A stretch of DNA of 64,000 nucleotides from an uncultured bacterium (GTDB lineage Bacteria; Zixibacteria; MSB-5A5; UBA10806; 4484-95). The stretch covers positions 44,273 through 108,272 of the forward strand of contig CBFDEC010000007.1 of the NCBI GenBank assembly GCA_965603725.1, written 5' to 3'. The first letter of the stretch is position 1; each line of letters begins with the position of its first letter. Of this stretch, positions 1-9,327 are shown in pieces. The notes beneath the pieces were generated by a model that saw only the letters and a list, made by a program, of their open reading frames with translations, had not been told where the DNA came from and searched no databases. The position numbers were made by a program, and so were the translations under genes.

Positions 1-318
1 TCATCAACCTGCGTGGTGTTTGCTAAATCTGAAGCCACATCTCTGCTCAGGGAAGGATGGTCAAAGAAGAAAGTGCTGGCCGCCTATTGTTCGGCTATGG
101 CTCATCGGGTAGTCACTCTTTTGGAACGTGTCGGTGTGGAAAAGGATTTCGCTATTACCGGCGGCATCGCCAAAAATATCGGCGTAATAAAAAGACTCGA
201 AAAGGAATTGAATCTCACGTCTTTGAAATCAAACTACGATACCCAGATCGCCGGGGCGCTTGGCGCCGCTCTGTTCGGCAAAACACTGATAGAAAAACAG
301 AGGATGAAGGCCAAATGA
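1..318 (+). CDS. CoA-substrate-specific enzyme activase (BadF/BadG/BcrA/BcrD/HgdC ATPase family), C-terminal fragment running off the window start
   Basis: Frame is open from base 1. C-terminal motifs GGIAKNIGVIKRLEKEL and QIAGALGAALFGK are typical of HgdC/BcrAD activases. Confidence 0.6.
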   Translation, partial: SSTCVVFAKSEATSLLREGWSKKKVLAAYCSAMAHRVVTLLERVGVEKDFAITGGIAKNIGVIKRLEKELNLTSLKSNYDTQIAGALGAALFGKTLIEKQRMKAK

Positions 319-596
319 AAGCTAATTACGGATATTTAGACGGCAGCGGCGAATTTTTTATCACGATCGATACCGACCTCTGTATCGAATGTTCTCATCA
401 TGGGTGTGTGGATGCCTGCCCTGTGGGCATGTTTGAAATCATTGTGGATGATTACGATGATAAAGTTGCCGCTATTAAAGAGGAACACCGTAAAAAAGTG
501 AAATACGACTGCAGTGCCTGTAAACCGGTATCCGATCGGCCGCCATTACCATGCGTTGAGGCCTGTACGCCAGGGGCTATTACGCATTCATGGTAA
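315..596 (+). CDS. small Cys-rich ferredoxin-like protein (two Cys clusters)
   Basis: ATG at 315 overlaps the upstream stop (ATGA). CIECSHHGCVDACP and CSACKx10CVEACTP motifs. The longer 57..596 ORF on the track is an upstream extension overlapping the activase gene. Confidence 0.5.
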   Translation: MKANYGYLDGSGEFFITIDTDLCIECSHHGCVDACPVGMFEIIVDDYDDKVAAIKEEHRKKVKYDCSACKPVSDRPPLPCVEACTPGAITHSW

Positions 597-684
597 CGCG
601 GAAATCATTTTTCAGATTAGCAGAGCAGTTGAATAACTTTAAAACTATACTGGCAAAACGGTAGTTATCGGGAGCGCTATTGCG

Positions 685-3210
685 ATGTTGACTCTTAAAA
701 TTGACGGACAAACAATCGAGTGTTCCGAGGGTAAAACTATACTCGAAGCGGCCGACTCGGCGGGTATTTATATACCGCGTTTGTGTTATCATGCAGACTT
801 GCCGGCTGCTCGTGAAACAACCTGGGCAGATTACATTTTTCAGGGTGACAAAAAAATCGTCGGTGAAAAACCGGGTGAAAAAGCTGGAGAAGACGCTCAT
901 TGCAGTCTGTGTCTCGTTGAAATTAATGGAAATCCCGAGCCGGTAAAATCCTGTATTACGCCTGTCGAGGATGGGATGATTGTCAAAACGGATACCGATA
1001 AGGTAATTCAAAACAGGCAACAGGCTCTTGCCGGAATTCTGGCTGATCATCCGCATGCCTGCCTGACATGCGCCCAGAAAGAGGGCTGCAGTCGGACAGA
1101 TTGCTCAACTAACGTGCCTGAAAATGAAAGGTGCTGTAAGCTTCTTGGACACTGCCATTTTGAAAAAGTCTGTGATTACATAGGCATTCCAGGCGATACT
1201 TCAAAATATATTCCCAAGCATCTTCCTGTAATTAAAGATGATCCGCTTTTCGATCGCGATTACAATCTTTGTATAGGCTGTCTAAGATGCGTACGGGTTT
1301 GTCGTGATGTAAGGGGCGTCAATGCCATCGGAGCTGTCTGGAAGAACGGTCGTTCGTGGGTAGGGACGATTAATGGCCCGGGACTTAAAGAAGCTGAGTG
1401 CCGGTTTTGCGGCGCCTGCGTGGAGATTTGCCCTACCGGAGCATTGACAGATAAAGAAGGCATACTGGCAATCAAAAAAGATGCCCCCTTGCCATGTGTA
1501 GGTAATTGTCCGGCGGGCATTGATATCCCGCGCTATATAAAGTTGATCGCTCTCGGTCGTTATCGTGATGCGCTTAATCTCATTCGCTTCTATGTGCCTT
1601 TTCCCGGTATCCTGGGATACGTCTGTTTTCATCCATGCGAGGATGTCTGCCGCAGAAAAGAAATCGACCAGCCGGTGTCTATCTGTGCCCTTAAACGTTT
1701 CGTCGCCGATGAAGTATCGATTGATGATATTCAACTGCCGGAAAAACAGCCGGATACCGGAAAAAAGATCGCTGTCATTGGCGCTGGTCCAACCGGCTTA
1801 ACAGCGGCATATTATCTTAGTATTATGGGTCATCAGGTTGAACTGTTCGACAGCACCGGTAAGCCGGGGGGCATGCTCAGTCAGGGCATCCCTGATTACA
1901 GATTGCCAGAGGATGCTGTGGAACGAGAATTGGAATCTCTTAATAAGCTAAGCATCGATTTTCATCTGAATTCCCCAATCAGCGATAATTTTGGAATCCC
2001 TGAACTAAAATCTCAGGGCTTCAATGCAATTCTGGTTGCCACGGGGATATCTGAAAGTATAAGTCTGCCTGTAGAAAATTCAAATCTCGATGGAATTACT
2101 CTCGGTCTGGAATTTTTAAAATCAGCAAAACTGCCCTATAAACCGAAACTGGATGGCAATGTTGTAGTCATTGGCGGTGGGAATGTTGCTGTTGATGCCG
2201 CCATGACAGCGGTACGGCTTGGGGCAAAAACTGTTCAACTCGTATGCTTGGAATCGCGTGATGAGATGCCCGCTCATGACTGGGAAATTAGGCAGGCTGA
2301 AGAAGAAAGCATCAAGATAAATCCATCCTGGGGACCAAAATGTTTTACCGGCCAGAAAGGCAAAGTAGCGGGTGTCGATTTAAAGCGCTGTACGAGGGTG
2401 TTTGACGAACATGGCCGGTTTTCTCCTGAATACAATGATGAAGAAATGCACCATATACAAGCCGATCATGTGATTATTACTATTGGCCAGGAAATCGATA
2501 GTGAACTCCTTCATCATATTGTAAGCTTAACGGGAATTACTGGTAATATATTAAAGGTTGATGAAAACTATGCTCTCGGCATCGGTGATGTTTTTGCCGC
2601 CGGTGATGTGATTCGCGGTCCTTCATCTGTTGTCGAGGCCATAGCCGATGGACGTAAAGCCGCCGATGCTATCGACAAGCACCTCGGCGGAAGCGGTATT
2701 GATGAGATTATTTATAAGTTTGAGGAACTTGACGGTCCCAAAATAGACTATACCGCTGAATCGTTTGTAAAAAGCAGACATACTGCAAAGATTTCTAAAC
2801 CCGAAAAACGCAAGTTGGGATTCGGACTGATTGAAGAGACTTTCAAAGAGGAAGCGGCAACAGCGGAAGCCCGGCGATGCTTGCAGTGTCATCTTCGCCA
2901 GATGATTACACCAGACATTTTGCCTCCGGAAAAGTGGCTGCCACTGAAAAAAGAAACTGTGGATTCTATCACCGAAACAGAAGGCGTATTTCAACTTCTA
3001 AACTCCGAAAAGAAGGTGATTCAAATTACAGGAACAGCCAATATCAAAAAAGACTTGTCAGAATGTCTTGAAAATCCCGGAGATGTTGTTTATTTTATCT
3101 ATGAGGAAGACCCTATGTATACTAAACGCGAAAGTGAACTGATACAGCAGTATCTTCAGGAACATGGCGAACTCCCATCGGGCGGCGAACTCAATGACGA
3201 TCTTTTTTAA
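685..3210 (+). CDS. multidomain FeS flavoprotein: NuoG/HndD-type 2Fe-2S plus 4Fe-4S N-terminus fused to a GltD-like (glutamate synthase small chain family) FAD/NAD(P)H oxidoreductase domain, with a C-terminal extension
   Basis: 2Fe-2S ferredoxin-like N-terminus (KIDGQTIEC..CSLC..). HPHACLTCAQKEGC His/Cys cluster. Two CxxCxxCxxxCP motifs. Dinucleotide motifs IAVIGAGPTGLTAAYYL and VVVIGGGNVAVDAAMTAVRLGA. Confidence 0.7.
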   Translation: MLTLKIDGQTIECSEGKTILEAADSAGIYIPRLCYHADLPAARETTWADYIFQGDKKIVGEKPGEKAGEDAHCSLCLVEINGNPEPVKSCITPVEDGMIVKTDTDKVIQNRQQALAGILADHPHACLTCAQKEGCSRTDCSTNVPENERCCKLLGHCHFEKVCDYIGIPGDTSKYIPKHLPVIKDDPLFDRDYNLCIGCLRCVRVCRDVRGVNAIGAVWKNGRSWVGTINGPGLKEAECRFCGACVEICPTGALTDKEGILAIKKDAPLPCVGNCPAGIDIPRYIKLIALGRYRDALNLIRFYVPFPGILGYVCFHPCEDVCRRKEIDQPVSICALKRFVADEVSIDDIQLPEKQPDTGKKIAVIGAGPTGLTAAYYLSIMGHQVELFDSTGKPGGMLSQGIPDYRLPEDAVERELESLNKLSIDFHLNSPISDNFGIPELKSQGFNAILVATGISESISLPVENSNLDGITLGLEFLKSAKLPYKPKLDGNVVVIGGGNVAVDAAMTAVRLGAKTVQLVCLESRDEMPAHDWEIRQAEEESIKINPSWGPKCFTGQKGKVAGVDLKRCTRVFDEHGRFSPEYNDEEMHHIQADHVIITIGQEIDSELLHHIVSLTGITGNILKVDENYALGIGDVFAAGDVIRGPSSVVEAIADGRKAADAIDKHLGGSGIDEIIYKFEELDGPKIDYTAESFVKSRHTAKISKPEKRKLGFGLIEETFKEEAATAEARRCLQCHLRQMITPDILPPEKWLPLKKETVDSITETEGVFQLLNSEKKVIQITGTANIKKDLSECLENPGDVVYFIYEEDPMYTKRESELIQQYLQEHGELPSGGELNDDLF

Positions 3211-3464
3211 TGGCTGATGATTTATTAAATAAATTGAGTTCCAAGGGATGGCAGAAGCAGTTTTCAGCCTCGGGCGCAAGACTGCGGGAAGCTGTCGATA
3301 ATTACCGGAAACTTGGCTTCGAGGTGATGACAATTCCGGCAAGAGAGCTGGTTAATGATGGCTGCAGCGTCTGCTTTGATGACGAAAGCGATGAAACGGT
3401 TATGATTTTCACCCGGAAAACTGATGCGAAAATAGTGGATGAACTGTATGATAATATTGATTAG
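3210..3464 (+). CDS. hypothetical small acidic protein (84 aa)
   Basis: ORF is translationally coupled (TAATG) to the FeS flavoprotein gene. No recognisable motif. Confidence 0.35.
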   Translation: MADDLLNKLSSKGWQKQFSASGARLREAVDNYRKLGFEVMTIPARELVNDGCSVCFDDESDETVMIFTRKTDAKIVDELYDNID

Positions 3465-3518
3465 CTGTCTTTAGAAAACAACAGTAATATTAAAGATTGA
3501 TATGAGGGAAAGGAGATT

Positions 3519-4544
3519 ATGATGAAAGCCGCTGTATTTTATGGTCCAAACCAGCCATTAAAAATTGAAGAGGTCCCGACGCCAGAGCCGGCTCCCGGTC
3601 AGCTCTTAATTAAAACCTCGGCCTGTGGAGTCTGTCATACCGACTTACACTATATAGACCACGGAGTGCCGACATTTAAAAAGCCGCCGCTTATCCTGGG
3701 CCATGAACCATCCGGAACTGTTGCCGCCATTGGCGAGGGAGTCGGCGGTTTCAAAGAAGGCGACAGGATTTTATTACCTGCGGTTTTAACCTGCGGTCGG
3801 TGCGATTTCTGCCGTACCGGCAGGGAAAATATATGTGTATCGATGGTTATGTTCGGCAACAATATCGACGGCGCTTACGCAGAATACCTGCTGGCTCCGG
3901 CTAAGGATACTTTTCATCTTCCGGAAGAGATTCCTCTTGAGGAAGGTTCAATCATAGCCGATGCCATCTCAACGCCTTTTCATGCTGTCAAGAACCGCGC
4001 CGAGGTAAAACCCGGCGATTCAGTGGTAGTATTGGGTTGCGGTGGTATCGGGATAAACATAGTCCAGGTAGCCGCGGCCGTCGGCGGGTCGGTTATTGCG
4101 GTTGACATTTCGCCGGAAAAGCTTGAGTGGGCAAAAAAGCTGGGCGCTGATGTCACAATCAATCCTAAAGAAGATGAAAAATGGACCAAGACCGTTAAGA
4201 AGATGACCGGCGGCGGCGCAGATATTGCCATTGAGGCCATTGGAAATCCAGCAACAATCGAAACCGCTTTCAACTCACTCAGAATCGGGGGACGGTTGGT
4301 CGTACTGGGTTATACTCATAAAGATATTTCATTGAATGCCGGCAGGATAATGTTTCGCGAGATGGAGATTGTCGGCTCGTTAGGCTGCCGGCCAGTCGAT
4401 TACCCCAAACTGATTGAACTCTGCCGTGTGGGAAAAATCAAGGTTAAGGAACTGGTAACAGGCAGATTTCCATTAGATAAAATCAATGATGCATTTGATC
4501 TACTGAGAAAAGGCGAAGGACTCAGATCCATTATTACCTTTTAG
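3519..4544 (+). CDS. zinc-dependent alcohol dehydrogenase (MDR family)
   Basis: [21 protein letters not shown] and CGRCDFC structural-Zn motifs. Rossmann motif [17 protein letters not shown]-type RBS upstream. Confidence 0.8.
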   Translation: MMKAAVFYGPNQPLKIEEVPTPEPAPGQLLIKTSACGVCHTDLHYIDHGVPTFKKPPLILGHEPSGTVAAIGEGVGGFKEGDRILLPAVLTCGRCDFCRTGRENICVSMVMFGNNIDGAYAEYLLAPAKDTFHLPEEIPLEEGSIIADAISTPFHAVKNRAEVKPGDSVVVLGCGGIGINIVQVAAAVGGSVIAVDISPEKLEWAKKLGADVTINPKEDEKWTKTVKKMTGGGADIAIEAIGNPATIETAFNSLRIGGRLVVLGYTHKDISLNAGRIMFREMEIVGSLGCRPVDYPKLIELCRVGKIKVKELVTGRFPLDKINDAFDLLRKGEGLRSIITF

Positions 4545-4885
4545 CCTTTATTTTAATAGATATAATTGTTGATAAAAAGTACTGGCGTAAAGGAAATCCC
4601 ATGATTTCCATTTACAACAAAGGTCAATAAAAATTCGTCTAAACACTTGATATCAGCAAACGAATTTCGTATCCTACTTTGATGGTCAGGCAATTGTAGA
4701 TGATTAAATCTGTCCAATGGAGGGTATGCAGACAATAATAAAATCTGCTTCACAATATCGATCATTCAAGAAAGATTAGATGAAGAAATTTTTTAAGTTT
4801 TACTCATGTTTGTGACATTTGGAAAACTAAAGGTCATGGAAAGAATGTAAGTTTATAAATTATTGAAACAAAACAAGGAGTGGTA

Positions 4886-5743
4886 ATGGAGATTAAGAAA
4901 GTTGGTATTTGCGGATGCGGGCTTATGGGCTCAGGTATAGCCGAAATAGCGTCCAAGGCCGGTATGGATGTTATTATTCGCGAGGTAAATGATAATTTTT
5001 TGAAAAAGGGAATGGGTCGAATCGATAAGTCTCTTTCTCGCGCGGTCAGCAAAGGCAAGCTTGACGAGACGGGTAAAAAAGCAGTCCTGGATAAAATCAA
5101 AGGGACAACCAGCGTTAATGATCTGGCTGACTGTGATATAATCGTCGAGGCTATAATCGAAAATCTCGGGGAGAAGATTAAGCTTTACAAAGAGCTCGAT
5201 TCTATTGCTAAAAAAGACGCGATCTTCGCTTCCAATACTTCGTCGTTATCGATAACGGAAATGGGAGCATCGACTAACCGCGCCGATAAGTTCTGCGGTT
5301 TACATTTTTTCAATCCAGTGCCGGTTATGAAGCTTGTTGAGGTCGTTAAGACTGTGGCCACCTCAGACGCTGCTTTCGAGGCGGCTAAAGCTTTCGGCGA
5401 GAAGCTGGGGAAGGTTGTGGTATCATGCAGCGATTCGCCGGGCTTCGTAGTCAACCGTCTTTTGGTGCCATACCTGCTTGATGCTATCCGGGCTCTTGAG
5501 GCCGGCGTGGCAAGCAAAGAGGATATCGATAACGGGATGAAGCTTGGCTGCGGTTATCCGATGGGACCGCTTGAATTGACTGATTTTGTCGGCCTGGACA
5601 CGACCTACTATATCGCCGAAATTCTTTTCGATGAGTTCAAAGACCATCATTATGCCTCGCCTCCTCTTTTGAAGGCAATGGTTAAAGCCGGTTATCTTGG
5701 GCGTAAAGCTGGCCGCGGTTTTTATGATTATGCAAAGAAGTAG
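4886..5743 (+). CDS. hbd: 3-hydroxybutyryl-CoA dehydrogenase
   Basis: N-terminal GICGCGLMGSGIAEI NAD-binding motif and HFFNPVPVMKLVEV. AAGGAG RBS 5 nt before the ATG at 4886; the track start at 4880 is a GTG. Confidence 0.85.
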   Translation: MEIKKVGICGCGLMGSGIAEIASKAGMDVIIREVNDNFLKKGMGRIDKSLSRAVSKGKLDETGKKAVLDKIKGTTSVNDLADCDIIVEAIIENLGEKIKLYKELDSIAKKDAIFASNTSSLSITEMGASTNRADKFCGLHFFNPVPVMKLVEVVKTVATSDAAFEAAKAFGEKLGKVVVSCSDSPGFVVNRLLVPYLLDAIRALEAGVASKEDIDNGMKLGCGYPMGPLELTDFVGLDTTYYIAEILFDEFKDHHYASPPLLKAMVKAGYLGRKAGRGFYDYAKK

Positions 5744-5752
5744 GTAAGAGTT

Positions 5753-6535
5753 ATGGAATATAAAAATATTAAATTTGAAAAAGACGGTGCTGTCGCAACT
5801 GTTACAATTGACCGTCCAAAAGTATTGAACGCCTTAAACGATGAAACGATCGCCGAACTCGATCATTGCTTCACATCTATTGCCGACGATAGCTCGATAT
5901 TGTGTGTCATCCTAACCGGCGGCGGAGAAAAATCGTTCATAGCCGGAGCCGATATCGGCGAACTGGCGGTCTGTGATGTGATCTCCGGCCGGGCTAAATG
6001 CGATCGCGGGCAATCACTGCTGTTTAAAATCGAGAATATCCCTCAGCCCGTTATTGCGGCTATCAACGGTTTTGCTCTTGGCGGCGGATGCGAATTTGCT
6101 ATGGCCTGCGACATTCGTTTAGCCTCGGAAAAGGCGAAAATCGGACAGCCTGAAGTCAGCCTCGGCATCATTCCCGGGTATGGCGGCACCCAGCGGCTGG
6201 CTCGCCTTGTCGGCCGCGGCAAAGCCAAGCAGATGATACTCACCGGTGATTTTATCAACGCCGCCGAGGCGTATCGCATCGGGCTGGTAGATGAGGTCTA
6301 TCCGCCGGATGAGCTTATGGCAAAAGCTAAAGAGATGGCCGGTAAAATCGTATCAAAAGGACCGCTGGCTATAAAAGCCGCCAAGGAAGCGATAAACCTT
6401 GGCCTCGATGTTGATATCAAATCAGGTTGTGAACATGAAGCGGTTTTATTCGCCGGTATCTGTGCTTCCGAGGATAAAACTGAAGGCACAAGTGCATTTT
6501 TAGAAAAACGCAAGGCGGAATTTAAAGGGAAGTAG
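5753..6535 (+). CDS. crt: enoyl-CoA hydratase (crotonase)
   Basis: Crotonase-fold motifs FIAGADI, AAINGFALGGGCEFAMACDIR and GIIPGYGGTQRL. Confidence 0.85.
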   Translation: MEYKNIKFEKDGAVATVTIDRPKVLNALNDETIAELDHCFTSIADDSSILCVILTGGGEKSFIAGADIGELAVCDVISGRAKCDRGQSLLFKIENIPQPVIAAINGFALGGGCEFAMACDIRLASEKAKIGQPEVSLGIIPGYGGTQRLARLVGRGKAKQMILTGDFINAAEAYRIGLVDEVYPPDELMAKAKEMAGKIVSKGPLAIKAAKEAINLGLDVDIKSGCEHEAVLFAGICASEDKTEGTSAFLEKRKAEFKGK

Positions 6536-6546
6536 TTATATAGACA

Positions 6547-6574
6547 GGGGCAAAGGAAGCCTTTGCCCCTTTTA
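6547..6574 (+). terminator. intrinsic terminator: 10-bp perfect stem ggggcaaagg/cctttgcccc followed by a TTTT run
   Basis: Read directly: perfect inverted repeat 6547-6556/6560-6569, then tttt. It lies between the crt stop and the methylase start. Confidence 0.55.
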
Positions 6575-6583
6575 GAATTAAAT

Positions 6584-9310
6584 ATGAATAGAGAACTAAA
6601 TCTAAATGCCAAAAGCATTCATGAGGCGATTGAATTACAGGTAAAAAAAGAAGGATTTAAGCCCAAACCTGTTAAACCGCTTGTAGCGCCTGTTTTAGCC
6701 AAGCCTCATACTGCAGTCTATAAAATGCATCGTTATTATGCAAGAAGACCTCATAATGTTTTCGCTAAATTGATTGAGCATTATACAAATCCAGGAGATA
6801 TTGTCTTGGATCCGTTTTGCGGCGGAGGAGTTACAGTATTTGAGGGATTGAAATTACGACGTAGAGTCATTGGGATTGATATAAATCCGTTAGCCACCTG
6901 GATAACTAAAGTTGAAGTTGAACCGGTGGATTTTGAAATCTTGGAAGAATTGTATAATGAGTGGCTCAAATTAATTGAGAAAAATATACCAAAGTTATTT
7001 AAAGCTAAATGTACAGAATGCGGAAAATTTGGCATTGCTGAATGGTATGAATGGTCGAATGTAGTAGTTTGTCCCAACTGTGAGGAAAATGTAATATTAG
7101 GAAGAACCAAAAAAATAAGGCCCGGATTATTTGAATGCAATAATAAACAATGTAAAACCCGCATTCAGCCAAATAAATGTGAAAGAAAACCGGATATTAT
7201 ATTAACGGTTATGATAGATTGTAAAAATTGTAAAAAAGTTATAAAAAGAGAATCTATCCCGGATGATATAAAAAGATATAAAAAGATATTAAAAGATGAA
7301 AAACAATACATCAAAAAAGAAAAAATCAAAATACCAAATGAAAAATTTCCAGATATGGATCGTGCCAGAGACGATAATATTTTCGGCAAAGGTATTAAAT
7401 ATTTTAAAGATATGATGACTGTCAGACAACGTATTTCATTAGGCTTAATAAAAAGATATCTTCCCCGGAATAAAGAAGCAAATGAGATAGATGCATTATA
7501 CCATGTTTTCTCTGCTTCTTTACGGTATGTAAACAAGTTTGTGTTTCAAAGTTCAAATTGGCAAAGCGGCAAACCTATTGAGTGGGCCGGGCATAATTAT
7601 TGGATGCCTTTTTGCTATTTTGAATTGAATCCATTAAATCCAATTAAGAAAAAATATAAGGCACTAATAAACGGCAAAATAGAGCAGGAAAAATTTATTG
7701 GAGAATACTGCAAATTTCCAAAATCGAGAAAACCCTGGGATGAATTAGAAAATGGTTTAACCTGTTGGATATTGACTCAATCAAGCCATGATATCAAATT
7801 ACCTGACGAATCAGTGGATGCGATTATTACTGACCCTCCATTTGGAGGTAATGTTCAATATGGCGAGTTGTCAGATTTCTATTTAGTATGGCTTAAAGAG
7901 TTCTTAGGTTTGAAAAATCTTTCTGATAAATCAATGGAGGCCATTGAAACGCGTAATCAAGGTTTTAAAGAGGCAAAAGATAGAGAATTTTATGAAGAGA
8001 TGCTTTATTTAATATTTAAAGAATGCAGAAGAGTCATCAAACCAGATGGCTGGATGGTCTTAACGTTTCACAATAGAGACATAGGTGTTTGGATGTCTTT
8101 GCATAGAGCCGCATTAAGGGCTGGTTTCAGACTTCCTTTGGAAAACGAATGTTCTAATCGAGGAATGGTTTATCAGCCTCCTGTGCAAAATTATACTCAA
8201 ACTATTCATCAACGGGCGGCCGGTTCTATGCTGGGTGATTTTATATTATCTTTTAAGCCCGCAGCTCCCCCTGTTCAATTAGAAGCAATTAAAGCACAAT
8301 TGACATTGAAAGAAGAAAAAGAACTTCAAGATAAGGCAGAGGAAATCATAAGATATCATGGCGGAGCTGATGACACAACATTGATGACCGGTCTTATTCC
8401 ATATTTGCACGAGGCATCATTACTGCATCGTATCGGTAAATATGATTTGAATATATTACTGGAGAATGGACCTTTCAAATTCCTATCTAAAGAAAAAAAA
8501 TGGTTCATGGAGGACATGGTAGAACCAACTGGCTCATTAAAACCTTTGAATATGATCGATGCTGAAGTGTTTGTCCAAAATCTTATCCATAGTTATTTAT
8601 TTGAACATAAGCAGGCAACGATGGATGAGCTTTTAGTCGTCATTTATGAAAATCTTGTTAACTCTCACCGGCCTCAGATTAGCACAATAGATAAAGTTGT
8701 AAATAAATATTGTAAGAAAAAGAAAGTAAAAGGCCAAAAACGTGAACTATATATTTGGAATCCTAAGGTGAAAACTCCTGAACAGATTGAAAAAGCATTG
8801 TCAACACAGATTCCCCTGGGTTTTGATACTGCCATTGCATTGGATCATAATAATATAATTAAAATCATCTCAGAATCAGCAAACAATGCCGGTTATAATG
8901 TTCATGTCGGTAAAACAGAACAAAGAAAATCCCCGACATTAAAAGCTTTAAGCCTGGAATTGTCAGGTTTTGAATTGGGATTGCCCCCTGAAGTTTTCAA
9001 ATTAATTCAAGAAATTGATATTATAATATTGAAAGGTTCTAATATCATAGCCGCTGTTGAGGTTGCTACTACTATTTCAACTTTTAACAAGGCAGTTAAC
9101 GATAGATTTAGAAATTTACTTACAATTGCTCCAAATTTGGATATTAGATTAAGTGTAATTGTCTCTGATAATAATTTTGAAAAAGCACATGAAGAACTAT
9201 ATACGCCCGCTAATATTAAATCCAGGTTGTCAGAAAAAGTTAAATTATTTAAAACAAGTAAAATCATGGATAAAGATTTCTTAAATATGATTTTAAGTAA
9301 AAATACATGA
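6584..9310 (+). CDS. DUF1156/COG1743-type Zn-ribbon-containing putative DNA (N6-adenine/N4-cytosine) methyltransferase, orphan
   Basis: HRYYARRP, DIVLDPFCGGGVTVFEGLKLRRRVIGIDINPLA, Zn ribbons CTECG..CPNCEEN and CNNKQC..CKNCKK, and the DPPF motif ITDPPFGGNVQYGELSDFYLVWLK. About 30% GC versus about 50% in the flanking genes. No SD sequence. The track ORF at 6563 uses TTG inside the terminator, so ATG 6584 is preferred. Confidence 0.6.
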   Translation: MNRELNLNAKSIHEAIELQVKKEGFKPKPVKPLVAPVLAKPHTAVYKMHRYYARRPHNVFAKLIEHYTNPGDIVLDPFCGGGVTVFEGLKLRRRVIGIDINPLATWITKVEVEPVDFEILEELYNEWLKLIEKNIPKLFKAKCTECGKFGIAEWYEWSNVVVCPNCEENVILGRTKKIRPGLFECNNKQCKTRIQPNKCERKPDIILTVMIDCKNCKKVIKRESIPDDIKRYKKILKDEKQYIKKEKIKIPNEKFPDMDRARDDNIFGKGIKYFKDMMTVRQRISLGLIKRYLPRNKEANEIDALYHVFSASLRYVNKFVFQSSNWQSGKPIEWAGHNYWMPFCYFELNPLNPIKKKYKALINGKIEQEKFIGEYCKFPKSRKPWDELENGLTCWILTQSSHDIKLPDESVDAIITDPPFGGNVQYGELSDFYLVWLKEFLGLKNLSDKSMEAIETRNQGFKEAKDREFYEEMLYLIFKECRRVIKPDGWMVLTFHNRDIGVWMSLHRAALRAGFRLPLENECSNRGMVYQPPVQNYTQTIHQRAAGSMLGDFILSFKPAAPPVQLEAIKAQLTLKEEKELQDKAEEIIRYHGGADDTTLMTGLIPYLHEASLLHRIGKYDLNILLENGPFKFLSKEKKWFMEDMVEPTGSLKPLNMIDAEVFVQNLIHSYLFEHKQATMDELLVVIYENLVNSHRPQISTIDKVVNKYCKKKKVKGQKRELYIWNPKVKTPEQIEKALSTQIPLGFDTAIALDHNNIIKIISESANNAGYNVHVGKTEQRKSPTLKALSLELSGFELGLPPEVFKLIQEIDIIILKGSNIIAAVEVATTISTFNKAVNDRFRNLLTIAPNLDIRLSVIVSDNNFEKAHEELYTPANIKSRLSEKVKLFKTSKIMDKDFLNMILSKNT

Positions 9311-9327
9311 TTTAAACAGGAGAACGA

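Noticed and set aside
57-596. 179-aa ORF in the same frame as the ferredoxin, starting inside the activase gene
   Set aside because: The N-terminal 86 codons overlap the activase CDS in another frame and are Arg/Lys-rich junk. An ATG at 315 coupled to the activase stop gives a clean 93-aa ferredoxin.
580-1056. Minus-strand ORFs antisense to the large FeS flavoprotein (also 1260-1734, 2623-2994, 3058-3342)
   Set aside because: They lie entirely within a well-supported plus-strand CDS and have no RBS or recognisable motifs. They are typical antisense artefacts.
6563-6583. TTG start of the methylase ORF as given in the track
   Set aside because: The TTG lies inside the 3' arm of the upstream terminator stem. 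ATG at 6584 matches where the conserved DUF1156 N-terminus begins.
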